From contig NC_086097.1 of the NCBI RefSeq assembly GCF_963921235.1, positions 155,622,001 to 155,686,000 on the forward strand: a stretch of 64,000 nucleotides of DNA. The letters run 5' to 3'. This document shows positions 26,689 to 39,559 of this stretch, piece after piece (position 1 is the stretch's first letter; every line of letters starts with the position of its first letter). The notes beneath the pieces were generated by a model, which was not told the origin of the DNA, did no database searches, and saw nothing but the letters and a program-made list of their open reading frames with translations. Position numbers and translations under genes: made by a program. This DNA is from Mobula hypostoma. Its lineage: Eukaryota.

Positions 26689-26782
26689 ATCAAGACAGTG
26701 AGTGTGACTGTTGAGGCCTCTGCACCTAGGCAATCTCTTTTTCTTTTTCTTTCTTTTTTTCCCCCTCCCCCTCCCCCTCGAA

Positions 26783-26915
26783 GACCCTGACGAAGAGTCT
26801 CGGCCCAAAACATCGATTGTACCTCTTCCTAGAGATGCTGCCTGGCCTGCTGTGTTCACCAGCAACTTTCATGTGAGTTGCATGAATTTCTGGTATCTGC
26901 AGAATTCCTCGTGTT
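26783..26915 (+). mobile_element. Penelope pLTR end with decayed hammerhead core
   Basis: CTGACGA-AGAG-TCTCGG-CCC-AAAAC-ATC-GATTG then GATGCTGCCTGGCCTGCTG...CCAGCA. Confidence 0.75.
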
Positions 26916-26919
26916 TAAG

Positions 26920-27085
26920 CATAGGAGATTTTTTTTTCCATTTTATATTTGGCCTCTCTACAGCAATGTAGAGAAGTGATGACAAGTAAATTGTTATGGG
27001 AGTGGAGAGAAGAGTTAAAATAACATGCAATCGAAAGCTCCGGGTGGTCATTATGGACTGAGTGCATGTACTCCACAAAACTTAG
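26920..27085 (-). mobile_element. Penelope GIY-YIG C-terminal fragment
   Basis: FVEYMHSV...PELSIACYFNSSLHSH...EAKYKME, homologous to 11040-11222. Confidence 0.7.
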
Positions 27086-27259
27086 TTTCATGAATCGTTT
27101 CATCAGATTTTATGCCAATTGGTTCCTTTGCCTTTCAATTTGATGAACAATTACAATTTGGAAGTTTTTGCAAGGATCTGAAAGGCTCTATTTACATCAA
27201 GTCTTGTTTTATATTCATTGTCTATAATGTTATAATAACCTACCTATAATGAAATTAGG

Positions 27260-27352
27260 TGGTCCCAATGAAGGGTCTCAGCCTGAAACATAGACTCTTT
27301 ATAGATGCAGGCTGATTTGCTGAGTTCCTCCAGCATTTTGTGTGTGTTGCTA
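27260..27352 (+). mobile_element. Penelope pLTR end with decayed hammerhead core
   Basis: GTC-CCAATGA-AGGG-TCTCAG-CCT-GAAAC-ATA-GAC then GCTGAGTTCCTCCAGCATTTTGTGTGTGTTGC. Confidence 0.75.
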
Positions 27353-29280
27353 TAGTGACATTGCTTCTATTGCAAAGTGCAATTCCATGCATTATACTAT
27401 AGAATTACAGTATATCCATCCTAAAATTAAATTATCTCGATCTTTAAATATATGTGATTATACAGAACCTGAAGCCAATGTCTGCGTTAATAATATATTA
27501 GTATAACAACTCTCACAAACATAGGGCATCCCTTAGAATTTTAGCTTTTAGTTTGAACAAAGCTTTCACTAAATCATTCCAACAAAAAGGCATTGGCTTG
27601 GAAGAGTAATATTTTTTAAATCTACAGATTTTGTTTAACTCGCTAAGTATCTATAACATCTGTGCGATTTAACAAACTTATATTTCTGGCTGTAAGTTGA
27701 CTGACCAGTAAAACTAATCTGCAAGGTACGTGTTTGTGTTTGAATGCAAAAGAAAAGAAGTCCTATTCAATAAACTGATAAATAGTAAACGTATAATCCA
27801 TCTCCCCTTCAAAAAAGTGCAATGTTTTCATCAGGAAAGTTGCGTGAGTTATTTTACAATTTTGTGGAAAACACAAGTCGTAAAAAAACAGTCCAAACAC
27901 AGCTGAGGGTTAACAGCTAGATGTGCTCTAACACTATTTGTCCAATGTTATTTTAGAAAACTTCATTCTTAAGTAATTCTTAGGTTAATCCAAATCTTTG
28001 GGTTGATGTTAGGTATGCAGTAGAGAAATCCACATGGTCCTTCAAGGCTTCTACAAGATTTCGTAGCTGATCCGATACCTCACTTTTTTGCTTCTGAATC
28101 CCTATGGCTCATTGTTCCCCGTTTTATTCAAACATTATTTAACTTTGAACTGAGTATTCACAACTTTTTGATTTACAATGTTCCATATAAAGAGATTTCT
28201 TTTGACCAAATTCCTAAATAGACAAAATAGACTTTACCTGAGATGATGAATTCTAGATTCTCCAGCTAGAAGACATAGTGCCTCTCAGAATCCCCAAGTA
28301 TTTCTCATTCTTCTAACCTATAGTTCACAGCAAATCTTCTTCTTTCTGCCTTTCTTCCCCAAAGTGATAGATCTTTCCATTGATGCAGGGCTCCCAAGCT
28401 GACCTCGGCTAGATCCTGAACTGTGCAGAGACCATCTACAAGCAGACCAAAGATATTGCATTGTTCATCTTTTGCTATTACCACTGGTCTAAGATGTTGT
28501 CTATAACCTCATTTCCCCTCGCAAAGCCGACATCGATATGAAGGTGTTTTAGCATTTTGCAGGTTGTCAATTTCTCAGTCGTAAGTATTGGTAAATGGTC
28601 TCATGCTTGCAATAACCCCTGGTGTTAATCCTCATAAGAAGCACATACCCTCCTCATGTATGGTTGGATCAGACTGCTGGTTACCTGTGTGGCATGAGGG
28701 TGTTCTTTAGGCATTTCTCTGCAGTGCTGCTACCATGCATAAACAGATTCTGGCATCTGCCATTTGAAAGTGCCTTTCATAGTTGGCAGCCTACAACTCT
28801 CTGGGTATGTTGACGTATTATTCAGAGAGAATGTACAAGCTGCTTAATGCAGCCAATAATTGTTCTGAAGCTATCATTCAGCACCAGAGACACAGCAAGA
28901 GAGCTTAAGGTGCTCTTCTGATTGTCAATCCTGATAGTGCTGTTCACTGAATAGGTTTATAGCACTTTGAGTGCCACCGTCTCATGAAACAATCCCATAT
29001 TACTGCAAAATGCCTCAATAATTGCCCACTCAAGATTTAATGAAGCTTATCCTAACAGCAGAATGTGGTACAAATGATGCACAGTTTGGAAATTCAATCT
29101 CATAAGGGTGAAATCCTATAATTCCTGTACTATTGAACCTCATCAAGGAATTTCAATTTACGTGTGAAAACAGGAGCTAAATGTGTGCTACCTGAATAAA
29201 GCATTAAAATAGATGCATTAAAACAGCCACTCAAGTACCCTAACTAACTTGTAGCTTAAACAGTGAAGCTAATATGAAGA

Positions 29281-29466
29281 CAAAGGGGACTGCAGATGCT
29301 TTAAATCTGGAGCAATCCACAAATGAGCTCAAAGAACTCAGCTGGCAATGTTTCCTCTTTCTTTCCAGCCCTGGCGAAGGGAACCAATCCAAAATGTCAA
29401 CTGTGAATTTCTCTTCATAGATGCTGCCTGACTCACCGCGTTCCTCAAGCTCTTTTGTGTGTTGCT
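29281..29466. mobile_element. Two oppositely oriented Penelope terminus fragments
   Basis: 29281-29350 minus orientation (CTGCAGATGC...GAACTCAGC); 29351-29466 plus orientation with CAGCC-CTGGCGA-AGGG...AAAAT-GTC-AACTG. Confidence 0.65.
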
Positions 29467-30146
29467 GAAGCGAAAATGAATTGCTGGTGAATGGTTGTTT
29501 TATTTATTTACATTCTTTTGTTCATTTCAATTAATTACATTAATGTAATAAATAGATGAAGGACAGGTTACCTGAGGTTCTCAGAATGTGTACTCTTTGC
29601 CCTAAAGGAATCCCAGTTGCTGCATGTGTTTTCTCCCACCATAAATACGAATGAACTGTCATCAGAAGGAGTTTGAACTCTGAGTATTGGAACTTGAGTG
29701 GCAGCAGGCATCACTGTATTCTATCCAGGCACTTCAAGGCTGAGTGGATAATATGTGTCAGGAAGTGGTCACCTCAACACCACAAGAGAACTCAGGTAGA
29801 CGTAGTGTTAGAAACGTGGATTATGACCAAAAGAAAATATGGCTGGAGTCACTTAGCACTTTAGCACAAAGTTGTTATTAGGTGCATCAAAAGTAAACTT
29901 ACAAAAATTAGCGAAAATAGGGAAAGCACAATAATAGCTCGTACGTACTTTCTAGTGTGAAATCCTGGCAGCCCCCATCTCACTCACATACTAAGGGTGA
30001 TGAGCTTCTTTTATTTGGCACTGGGACACACCATCTTCAAATACCAACAAAGTTAACTTAAGACTACACATGAATTAGAATACGATGCACCCCTCAATGT
30101 AGTTACAATCAGATGACAAAATAAACAGAAGTACTGTATCTACCTT

Positions 30147-31729
30147 CATGATGGCGTTAATGGCAGGGATAGACAGAAGAATTGTACAGCAATGATCCCA
30201 ACAGCAGAGACACCTGCAATGACTCCCTCATCGATCTAGAGCCAGACATTCTGGAAAGTGAAGTTGAATGGGTGATAGAAAACATTGCCAATAATAAGGC
30301 TGCAGGATATGGCAGGATTCCAGCTGAATTGTTTAAAACTTTAAAAGTAAAAGTGTTGCATGCAATTTGCCAGCAGATCTGGAAAACCTAAGAATGGCTT
30401 TTAGAGTGGAAAAACTCAGTTTATATCCCAATTCCCAAGCAGGGAAATGTAGTGTTCAAATTACCAAACAATTTCACTAATTTCACATGCTAATAAGGTA
30501 ATGATAAAGACCATGCAAGCAAGACTTCAGCAATATATGGAATGAGAACTGCCAGATGTACAAGTTGGTTTTGGAAAAGGGAGAGGCACCAGAGATCAAA
30601 TTGCTAACCTACACTGGATAATTGATAAGTCAGGGGAATTCCAGACATATATTGTTCTATGTTTTATTGACTACTATAAAACCTTCAACAGTGTGGACCA
30701 TAATAAATTTTGGCAAATCCTTGAAGAAATAGGGATACCTGGACATCTGATCCACCTTATGAGAAACTTGTACGAAAATCAAGAAGCAACAGTTAGAACT
30801 GAACAGGGAACAACAAACTGGATCAAGATTGGGAAAGGAGTACGACAAGGCTGCATACTGTTACTCTACTTATTTAATTTATATTCTGAACACACCATGA
30901 GGAATGCTGGTCTAGAGGACTCAAATGTGGGAATCAAAATTGCCATATGAAATATTAACACCCTCAGATATGCAGATGATACTACTCTAATGGCTGAAAG
31001 TGCAGAGTATCTGAGGAAGCTTCTAATCAAAGTGAAAGAAAAAGTGCAAAAGCTGATTTGTTGTTAATATTAAGAAAAACAAGATTATGTCGACCAGTCC
31101 TATTAATTCTGTGGTAATAAGTGTAAAGGAAGTGGAAGCAGTGACAGATTTTGTCTTCATAGATGGTAAGTACAGCCACAAAATTAAACGGTGCCTACTT
31201 TTGGGGAGGGCAGGAATGGCAAATTTAGATAAAATACTGAAGAGCAAAGACATAGCATTATCTACGAAGATCTGTACAGTCAAGTCTGTGGTACTTCCAG
31301 TTGTGATGTATGGCTGTGAGAGCTGGACTATTAGTCAGGCTGAATACAAAAGAATCGACGCCTGTGAATTTGGAGGCTCGAGGAAAGTGTTAGAGTTTGT
31401 TGGACAGCAAAAAGATCCAACGTCAATACTTGAAGAAGTACAGCCAGAGTGCTCATTAGGAGGCTTGATTATGAGACAAAAGTTCAAATATTTTGGCCAC
31501 ATCATGAGAAGACAGGATTCCTTGGAGAAGGCTCTCATGTTAGGAAAAACAGAAGGTAAAAGAAGGAGAGGACGACAGAGGCTAAGATGGATAGATAATA
31601 TTACTCAGACAATGCGAATGACCTTGGGAGATCTTAGAGAGGCAGTTTCCAAGAAGAAGGCTTGGTATGCAAGAGACCATGAGGTCACGAAGAGTCGGAC
31701 TCAACTTAAGGACTGAACAACAACAACAA
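30147..31729 (+). mobile_element. BovB-like RTE LINE, 5'-truncated
   Basis: LEPDILESEVEW, DHNKFW...NLYENQEATVRT...GKGVRQGCIL, LRYADD, VVMYGCESWT, YFGHIMRR...GKRRRGRQRLRW; (CAA)n tail; 9-bp TSD ATCTACCTT at 30138-30146 and 31730-31738. Confidence 0.92.
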
Positions 31730-32099
31730 ATCTACCTTAAATATAGTACACAAACAGCATATACACATTTAAATGTCCCCATTACTAAAGAAATGGAATA
31801 TTCTGCCATATGTGGTGGGAAAGGCATAATAAAGTCAACACAAGTACATCAGCTAAGTTTAGGACCCAGTGGATGCCACGGGACTGCAGGGATACAACAG
31901 CAACAGAACGATCAACACGATTGCACACTTACTGTCAAGTACAAATAAAGAATAAAATTAAACTGAACTTTGGTGTCTGTATTGATGCAGAGGGAAAACA
32001 GTGGGTTAGTTATTGGCATACATACAAAAAGAGCAGACAGATAGCTCAAGAGATCCCTCTATGCATTTTGATCTTCAACCAATACTGCTGAAGGAATGG

Positions 32100-33020
32100 G
32101 TTCCTCTGAGTAGTTTAGTCAGAAGCTAAGAAGATGGTAGTATGGGTGACTCAGACAGGTAGAGAGAAGGTTAGAAAAACCAAACTGAAAGGGTTAAAGG
32201 AAACAGATAGACACGGATGCCAAAGTGCACAATGTCACCGCAAAATATTTTGGAGGTGAATTGTGAACTGTTAAAAGTTAAGGTTTTTTGACATCAACAT
32301 CTTATGTGCAAAAAATGATGAAATCCTACAGATTTTAGGAAGTTAAGAAAGAGCTTAAGAAGCAAGATGTTAAAAGAAATTATATTCAGCATTTACAATG
32401 CCACAAAAGAAAATTAGAGGATAGTATTAATGATTGCATGGTACAGAAGTGAGGGGTTAAAATTTCTGGTGCTTTGGACCAGGTTTGGAGTGTGTAGGGC
32501 CTATACAGATAAAATAGGCTGCACCTCATTGGAATGGGGTCTGAAGTCTTTATTGGGAGATTCACAAGCACTGCAGGTGTGGTGGTGTAAGCTTGAAGTA
32601 TTTTAGCAGAGGGATGGGAATGGTGTGGTAGCACTGAGAAGGAGAAGAAAAGTGCACAAATAATTTGGAAAGATAAAAATAAAATGCTACATAGGATCAA
32701 ATAAAATAAATTCGAGAAAGTGTTACATAACGTGAAAATTATGAAAAAGCTTTGGAGAGCTGCATGTGGGAGTATGATACTATGGAAATAACGGAGCTCC
32801 AGTTAAAAGAAATTCAAGAAAAGTTATTCATATCACTTCTAACAAGTTGCTCATGAAAAGTAGGAAAGGTTACAAAACGTCAAGGAGTGTGGAGGCTAGA
32901 AGTATTAATTAAAGAGAATATTGCAGAGCTGGAAATAAAGGAATTCATGGAGGGGGAAGGAAAAAAAGAACTATCAGTTTATAATTTAAAGAATATATTA
33001 ATAAGTGGTCTATGAAGTAT
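32100..33020 (+). mobile_element. Very old CR1 ORF1/ORF2 junction region
   Basis: Eroded SGNH ORF1 codons (WYRSEG..FL..W, RLHL) and APE start (YDT..ITE) spread over several frames. Confidence 0.5.
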
Positions 33021-33044
33021 TGCCACAATTGTTTGAAGTGTAAG

Positions 33045-33170
33045 GACAATAAACTGCAGATACTGGAATGTAGAGGAAGAGACAATCTATTGGAAGAACT
33101 TAGTGGGTTGAACATTCTCTGTGGGTAGAAAGGAATTATTGATGCTTCTAGTCGAAACTCTCCATCAGGA
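33045..33170 (-). mobile_element. Degenerate Penelope pLTR end
   Basis: CTGCAGATACTGGAA...GGAAGAACTTAG...; minus-strand CTGATGG-AGAG...GAAGC-ATC hammerhead-like relic. Confidence 0.55.
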
Positions 33171-34064
33171 GAGGTGTTAGTAGAATTATTTAAAGCACTT
33201 AAAAGGAAAATTAGAATGCAGATCTGTAGAAAGAGGACAGTGAAGTGGAACTAATTAGTTTGCTATTGCATAGAACTTGGGTTGATAGCCTCCTTTTGAG
33301 TTGTAATTTTTCAGTGTCCCTTTGAAAATAGTTCTATCTCAAGGTAGATTTTTAACATGTCATTTTGGATCTAATTGTTAATTATATACTATAAATGAAA
33401 TTTGCCTGGAAGTGCTTAACAAGAGATGGATGTGGATTTAGCATGCAAGTGGTGATTAGTTTCAATATACTTGCTGTCATTGTTGGCTTCTCCCACACAT
33501 TTCCAATGAAGGAGGGTATTAGGTCAAAACCACTCACCAATTATTAAACAGCTTCCTTGATGAATGCACTTACAAAAGAATCAGCTGTTTTAGTGATTTT
33601 CCAAGCTGAGTGTAATGTATATTTCATCTCTTTTACTAAGAAGGTACCTTTGAGATTAAGAAAGAGTAAACTAACATTCTAACTTTGGACACTATCTTGA
33701 TCCTATCACAGTTTCCTGTTACTCAAACCAGTAGCAAAAAATTACCCCTTTGATTTAATTATGGGATGTTTCTACAGTTCTAGCTTTCTCATCCCGATGA
33801 GCACTCTGGCACATCACATTAATGGTTATAGAATCGCAGTCAATGATGTACAGCACAACAAGGGCTCTTCGGCCCACAATATTCATGCAGAACTTTTGGC
33901 CCATTTAATCCCAATTACTAGCTTAAAAGTGTATCCTCTTAGCCCTTGCCCATTTACTATAAGGGCCTGTCCAAATTCCTCTTGTTAATCTTTGTTTGTC
34001 ATGTGTGTAATATACTGTGCTCTTTACTGCAAAAACTATTTCTCATGGCATTTATACTGGGAAT

Positions 34065-34340
34065 ATCCTGTTAGTAGTTAACGCAATACTTTACAGCACC
34101 AAAGACCTGGGTTTACTTCACACCACTGTCTGTAAGGAGCTTGTACATTTTCCCCATAACTGCATGGATTTCCTCCAGTTACTCCAGTTTCCTCCAAAAT
34201 TCCAAAGATGTATTGATAAGTAGGTTAAATAGTCATTGTAAATTGTTCCATGATTAGGCTAGGGTTAAATCAGGGGTTGCTGGGGAGTATGGCTCGAAGG
34301 GCCTATTCTGCACGATACCCCAAAAAATAAATAAATAAAT
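34065..34340 (+). mobile_element. V-SINE-like SINE with (TAAA)n tail
   Basis: tRNA-like head, GGAGCTTGTACATTTTCCCC...GGATTTCCTCC...TTTCCTCC V-domain, CR1-like 3' end, AAATAAATAAATAAAT. Confidence 0.75.
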
Positions 34341-34389
34341 GGCTACAATCGTAAATTTGAACTTGAACTGATTTCACCACTTCTCAGAG

Positions 34390-35465
34390 TGCGGAAAAGC
34401 TTTACAAGGGTGTTGCCAGGACTTAGGGGACAGAGTAATAGGAGGAATTTGGAGAGCTATTTTGTGGGCTGTAGAAAACTAAGGGTGCTATAAAAGCATG
34501 AGAGGCATAGATAGCATAGAATACACTCAGTCTTTTTCCCAGGGGAGGAATCAAGAACTAGAGGGGATAGGTTTAAGATGAGACGGAAATGATTAAATAG
34601 AAACTTGCTGGTGTCTTATTTACACAAAAGGTATAATATGCGTGTTGAATAAGCTGCCAGTGGAAGTGGTTTAGGCAGGTAAAATAACAACTTTTGAAAG
34701 ATATTTGGAAAGGTTCAGAAGGTTATTTGCCAAATGTTGGCAAAGCTCGGACAGACATCTTGTTGGCATGGATCAAAGTTGATTAGAAGGGTTCACTAGC
34801 AGTGATAATGGCAGAGCAGCAAATGCTGGAGATTCTGGGAACAACCCAGAAGGTGCAGGAAAGATAGATTCCTAAGAAGTATTCTAAAGGGAGAATGACA
34901 CAACCATGGTTGACAAGGAAAGTCAAAGACAGCATACTGTAAAAACAAAAAAAAGGCCATATAACACAGCAAAAAGTAGTGGGAAGTCAGAGGATTAGGA
35001 AGCTTTTATAAACTAACAGGTAACTAAAAAGCCATACAGAGAGCAAAGATGAAATATGAAGGTAAGGCAGCCAAGAATATAAAAGAAGATACAAAATGTT
35101 TTTTCAGATAGAAAGTATAAAGAGTATAAGAGAGGCGAGACTGCTGAACAATAATACTGGGGATGTTGTTATGGGGGACAAGGAAATGGCAGACAAACTT
35201 AATACGTATTTTGTGTCAGTCTTCACTCTGGAAGACTCCAGCAGTATGCCAGAAATTCGAGAGTGTCAGACTGCAGAAATGAGTGTAGTTGTTGTTACTA
35301 AGGAGAAGGTGCTTGGGAAGCTGAAAGGTCTAAAGGTAGATAAGTCATCTGGACCAGATGGACTACAACCCATGGTTCTAAAAGAGGTAGCTGAAGAGAT
35401 TGTCTTGTGGTCTTACAGATTAATTGGGCCAAAAGGTCTGTTTCCATTTGGTACGGCTCTGTGAC
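34390..35465 (+). mobile_element. Cluster of CR1 fragments
   Basis: 3' coding remnants at 34390-34780 and ORF 35096-35464 (DKEMADKLN...DKSSGPDGL..VLKE). Confidence 0.8.
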
Positions 35466-35619
35466 TCTTCTGGTAGCACATTCCGGATATCAACTTCACT
35501 CTGCATAAAAATCATGCTTGGGCATAAGATCCCCTTTGGAACTCGTTGCTGCACAATAAATTTGAGCAGCTATTTAATTACCAACCCAAATACCTAATTA
35601 TAAGTTAATGTGATATTTT

Positions 35620-35860
35620 AGAACATAAGACATTGAAGCAGAAGTCGGCCATTCGGCCCATTGAGTCTGTTCCACCATTTCATCATGGCTGATTTATTAT
35701 CTTCCTCATGCCATTCTTTGCCCTTCTCTTCATAACCTTTGACACAACTTACTAATCAAGAACCTATCGATTTCCACTTTAGATATACCAATGACTTGGT
35801 CTCCACAGTCACCTGCGGTAATTATTTCCCCAGATTCATCACTCTCTGGCTGAAGAAATA
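35620..35860 (-). mobile_element. CR1 3' end fragment
   Basis: AACATAAGACAT tail and GGCCATTCGGCCC / CATCATGGCTGAT 3' UTR motifs. Confidence 0.8.
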
Positions 35861-37619
35861 GCTTAAAGTAAGCCATAGAAGAGTAACTATCTCTTCAAAA
35901 TCTCAAACTTAAAATTGTTGTGCAAAGCATTATTTTGTTAAGCAATGAGCAAGTGAATATTGCTCACTATTTACTACCTGATCAGCTAATGGAGAGGCCA
36001 AGGCTTGATATCAGTCAAGAAAATTGCTGTGTAAATTATAGTGATCCCACCATTAACCCTCTTTCTGTTGAAATACTCAGTGTCCATTCTGTTTCACTTT
36101 GAGTCTCATGCCCAATTCCTCCGTCCATTCTGAACGTCTCCATAGATTTTGCCTGCAATCATTTCTCGGTATCCCTGAGTACTTCACTCGTCAACTTTGT
36201 CACTGAAACCAACCATTTTAGAATTTCCTCATTAATCACGATCACCTCCCTACCCGCAATTGCAAGAGTGCACAGCACTTCTCCTCTTCAGTTTGTACCC
36301 TCTGCTCTATCAAGCAAAGACCATTGTGTGTGTTTTCATAGTGGGCCAATTCTATTATTCCCCTGTCTTGGTTTTCAACTGTGGTAATATAAAAACTGAC
36401 TCAGATCCCATACACTGTCAATACCTATGTTACACCCCTTGAGTGAGGTAGAATCTCCAGAAGCCCTCATTTCAATGATTTAATAAGACTTTCCCTGTAA
36501 TCCCAGAAAGAACAATGCCAGTTTTAGTTTGAATTGATAGAAAGCAGTGCATTTGCAAACCAAACACTGTGCATATCTCATCCTTTTCTTTAAAACTCAG
36601 TTACATTTTTACTTTGCCAAGTAAGCTCTTGTGCCAACATTAAAGAACATCTTAATATTTTTGTTGCACTGCCATTCATTCTGCAGAAGCAGTTTCCTGT
36701 CAATGAATACTTATCTGCCTGCTTCATCTGTCCATTTTCTATCTCATTGCATTAAGCTGAGTAATGAATTGCGATTGTCCAAATTCACTGGGGAGTTCAG
36801 TTATGTTTAATTCAACTCAATATACTTTTTGGCCTTAAGAGAATGCCATTTGTTTCTTGGAAAATGAGAAAGCCTTCTGTACTTTGAGAAAATTAATCTA
36901 GCGCATAAGAAATTATGGGATCATTACATCAAGGCATTTGAATTTAATAAATGGCAGAATAGATAGAAACTGACTCCTGTGGCTATTTGAGTGGAGATAT
37001 TGTGAAGTATCTAGGGCCAAGAGGGATTTTTTTCTTTTCACACTGGGTGGATATAGTAATTGAAACAGAGATTTTGCCATATTTAAGGTGCAGTTAGGGA
37101 AGAAAAAGGAGCAAAAGTGTTTGCAAACAAACAAATGAGATGTCGTTCATGTGGAGATTAAGCACCATCTTCAATTCTTTGGAGAAAATAATTACCTTGT
37201 TTAATTTTTGTGTAGTAATATACTGATTTGGGTTAATCTGTAATGATACTTCAGATTATACAGTAATTGCTGTCTTTTCCTTCCCCTATAGCTGTAAAGT
37301 CCATAGTATTCCTTTTAGTTTCTAATCTCATGGAAAGATATGATACAGAAATGTATTAAAGACTTGCCACATTGGTTTTTATATACATTATGCTAATTTT
37401 CCTTTTAAAAACAGAAAATAATCTATTATAAACCACTAACTTTTGCGTGTGTGATATTAAGTAATCACTGTCACCCAACAATAAATTTATAGAATATCTC
37501 AGTTTCTTCATCCAGTGCAATCTTCACTGAAAGTTACAGTTGATATCAGTCAACTATCCATTCCAGCAGTAAGAGATTTTACTGGATAAATTCCCAATGT
37601 AATCTCAAATTTATTATAC

Positions 37620-38140
37620 TGCATATTTATTTATGATTAACGATCCTATATGGAACAGTGATCGTAGCATAGTGGAATTCCAAAAACAGCTTGAAGGCAA
37701 TCATCTCAGTTTTCAAACCAATTTAAATAAAGCTAACTACAAAGGTATGGAGGTTGAAGGTGAGGTGAGGTGTCTCAAGCAAACTGGGGGTAAAAGACTA
37801 AAGAAAGAGCCAGGAGAGAAACAGTGGTAGATATTTAAACAACATTTCAAAAAACTTAACAGAAAATTATCCCAATCAGAAGGAAGGATTTATAAGCAAG
37901 ATAACCTGTCTGTGGCTAACAAAATAGTTTAAGGAAAATATTGAGTCAAAGTATTCTTCAATCTATCTTAGTACGTCAACCCCAACGAAGTCAGATGTTA
38001 TTTTGTGCACTATAATTTTATCCAGTAGCTGATAGAATGTCTTCTGACAATCCAAATATATTACAGCAACAAGTTCCCATTCATGGGCTCTATTTGCTAT
38101 TTCCTCAAAGAACGCCAGCAAATATGTCATAAACCATGTG
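37620..38140. mobile_element. Highly degenerate CR1 fragments in both orientations
   Basis: SDRSIVEF...NLNKANYKGM (ORF 37633-37830) followed by minus-strand RT remnants. Confidence 0.55.
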
Positions 38141-39325
38141 GAATTGATTCAAGATTGTTTAATGCCATTTCATGTACATAAGTGTAAGGAGAGCAAAATA
38201 ATTGTTACTCTGGACCAATGCAACACAAAAATCATAAAGATAATGAACATAACAATAATAATAAAACACACAATAAATATGAATACACTAGATAGCTTAT
38301 ATACATAGATTAATTGTTTGTCCGTAAAGTAAAGATAGGCTGAACAGTGAGAAATAATAATGTAGCAGGTGATCAGTGGGAAATAATAATGTAGCAGGTG
38401 AGTTAGTGTGTGGAGGTGTTACTCAGCCTTACTGTTTGGGGAAATTAACTGATTTTGAGTTTGGTGGTACGGCATGGATGCTCCGTAGCATCCTCCCTGA
38501 TGGACGTGGAACAAGCAGTCCCCATATGCAGGGTGTGTGGTGACTTTCATGATCATGGGTAGTCTTGTGCCAAAGATGCTTTGCGCTGTTTTGACTACCC
38601 TTTACCGTTGTAGAGTATTCTTCTCTGCCACAGCTTAATGATGTTTTGAGGGGATGATATTGTTGAATGCTGAGCTGTATTCCATGTCTTTTAGAGTTGA
38701 GCGAAGAGCAGTTGGCAGAAACTTCTGTTGCATCTAGGTCTGCTAGATTTATTGGAATAATGATAACCTAAAACCAGGCACAGTGTAAAATAAGTATCTG
38801 TTCCAATTTCATTGGGATCCCATTGGGTGGCTGTGGGCATTGTGAGTAGAGACAATGGGGTTTCATAGCCAATGGCATCTGTTGTTAACCTGTTGTGACT
38901 ATAGGCAAATTGGAGCGGATCCAGGTCACTCTTCTGGCAGAAGTTGATACGGTTATAACCAACCTCTCAAAATACTTCATCATGATGGATGCAAATGCTA
39001 CTGAATAACCTTCAGGCAGGAGGTACTGTAGTATTAGCATAAGAACTGTTAGGTTGGGAAACAGCTTATTCCACCAGGATGTAAGACTACTGAACTCCCT
39101 CCCACCACCAATGTCTTATCATTCATAACGTGTCAGTAGTGTTACACTGTTTCCTTTTTAACTTGTATATACACTTTATTATTTGTTAATTGATTTGTGG
39201 TGATATTAATTTATGTGTTATATCTGTGAGTTACATGTATTGTGTTATGCACTTTGGTCCGGAGGAACATTGTCTCGTTTGGCAGGATATATGTATATGG
39301 TTGGATGACAATAAATTTGAACTCA
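38140..39325. mobile_element. Rex1/Babar-like fragments (minus 38140-39010; plus 3' end 39040-39325)
   Basis: GATTCAAGATTGTTTAATG tail, LDPLQFAYSHNR-type codons on minus; AAGAACTGTTAGG..GGGAAACAGCTT and GACAATAAATTTGAAC on plus. Confidence 0.65.
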
Positions 39326-39559
39326 AAAGGGCAGCATTTTCTGTTAATACACTGTATTGCCAATTCTGACATAAAATGTACAGATTCAGTTTAGATCACC
39401 ATGAAACATAGTCATTAAGCTAACTACATAGATAGGAAAGGTTTAGAGAGACATGGACGAAACAGACATAGACAAATGGGACTAGCTTGGGTAGGCAACT
39501 TTACATAAAATGGGCTGAAGAGACAGTCTCTGTGTAGTCTAAATCTGGCTATGAATTGG

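Noticed and set aside
27628..27724. AG...GT bounded segment as a coding exon
   Set aside because: All three frames contain stop codons.
29572..29601. Possible 30-nt minus-strand microexon (TTTAG|GGCAAAG...CTCAG|GTAAC)
   Set aside because: Weak polypyrimidine tract, unrecognised peptide, no partner exons in the window.
38345..38401. 29-bp tandem duplication as a CRISPR-like or satellite repeat
   Set aside because: Only two adjacent units with no spacer, inside a LINE 3' UTR; an ordinary local duplication.
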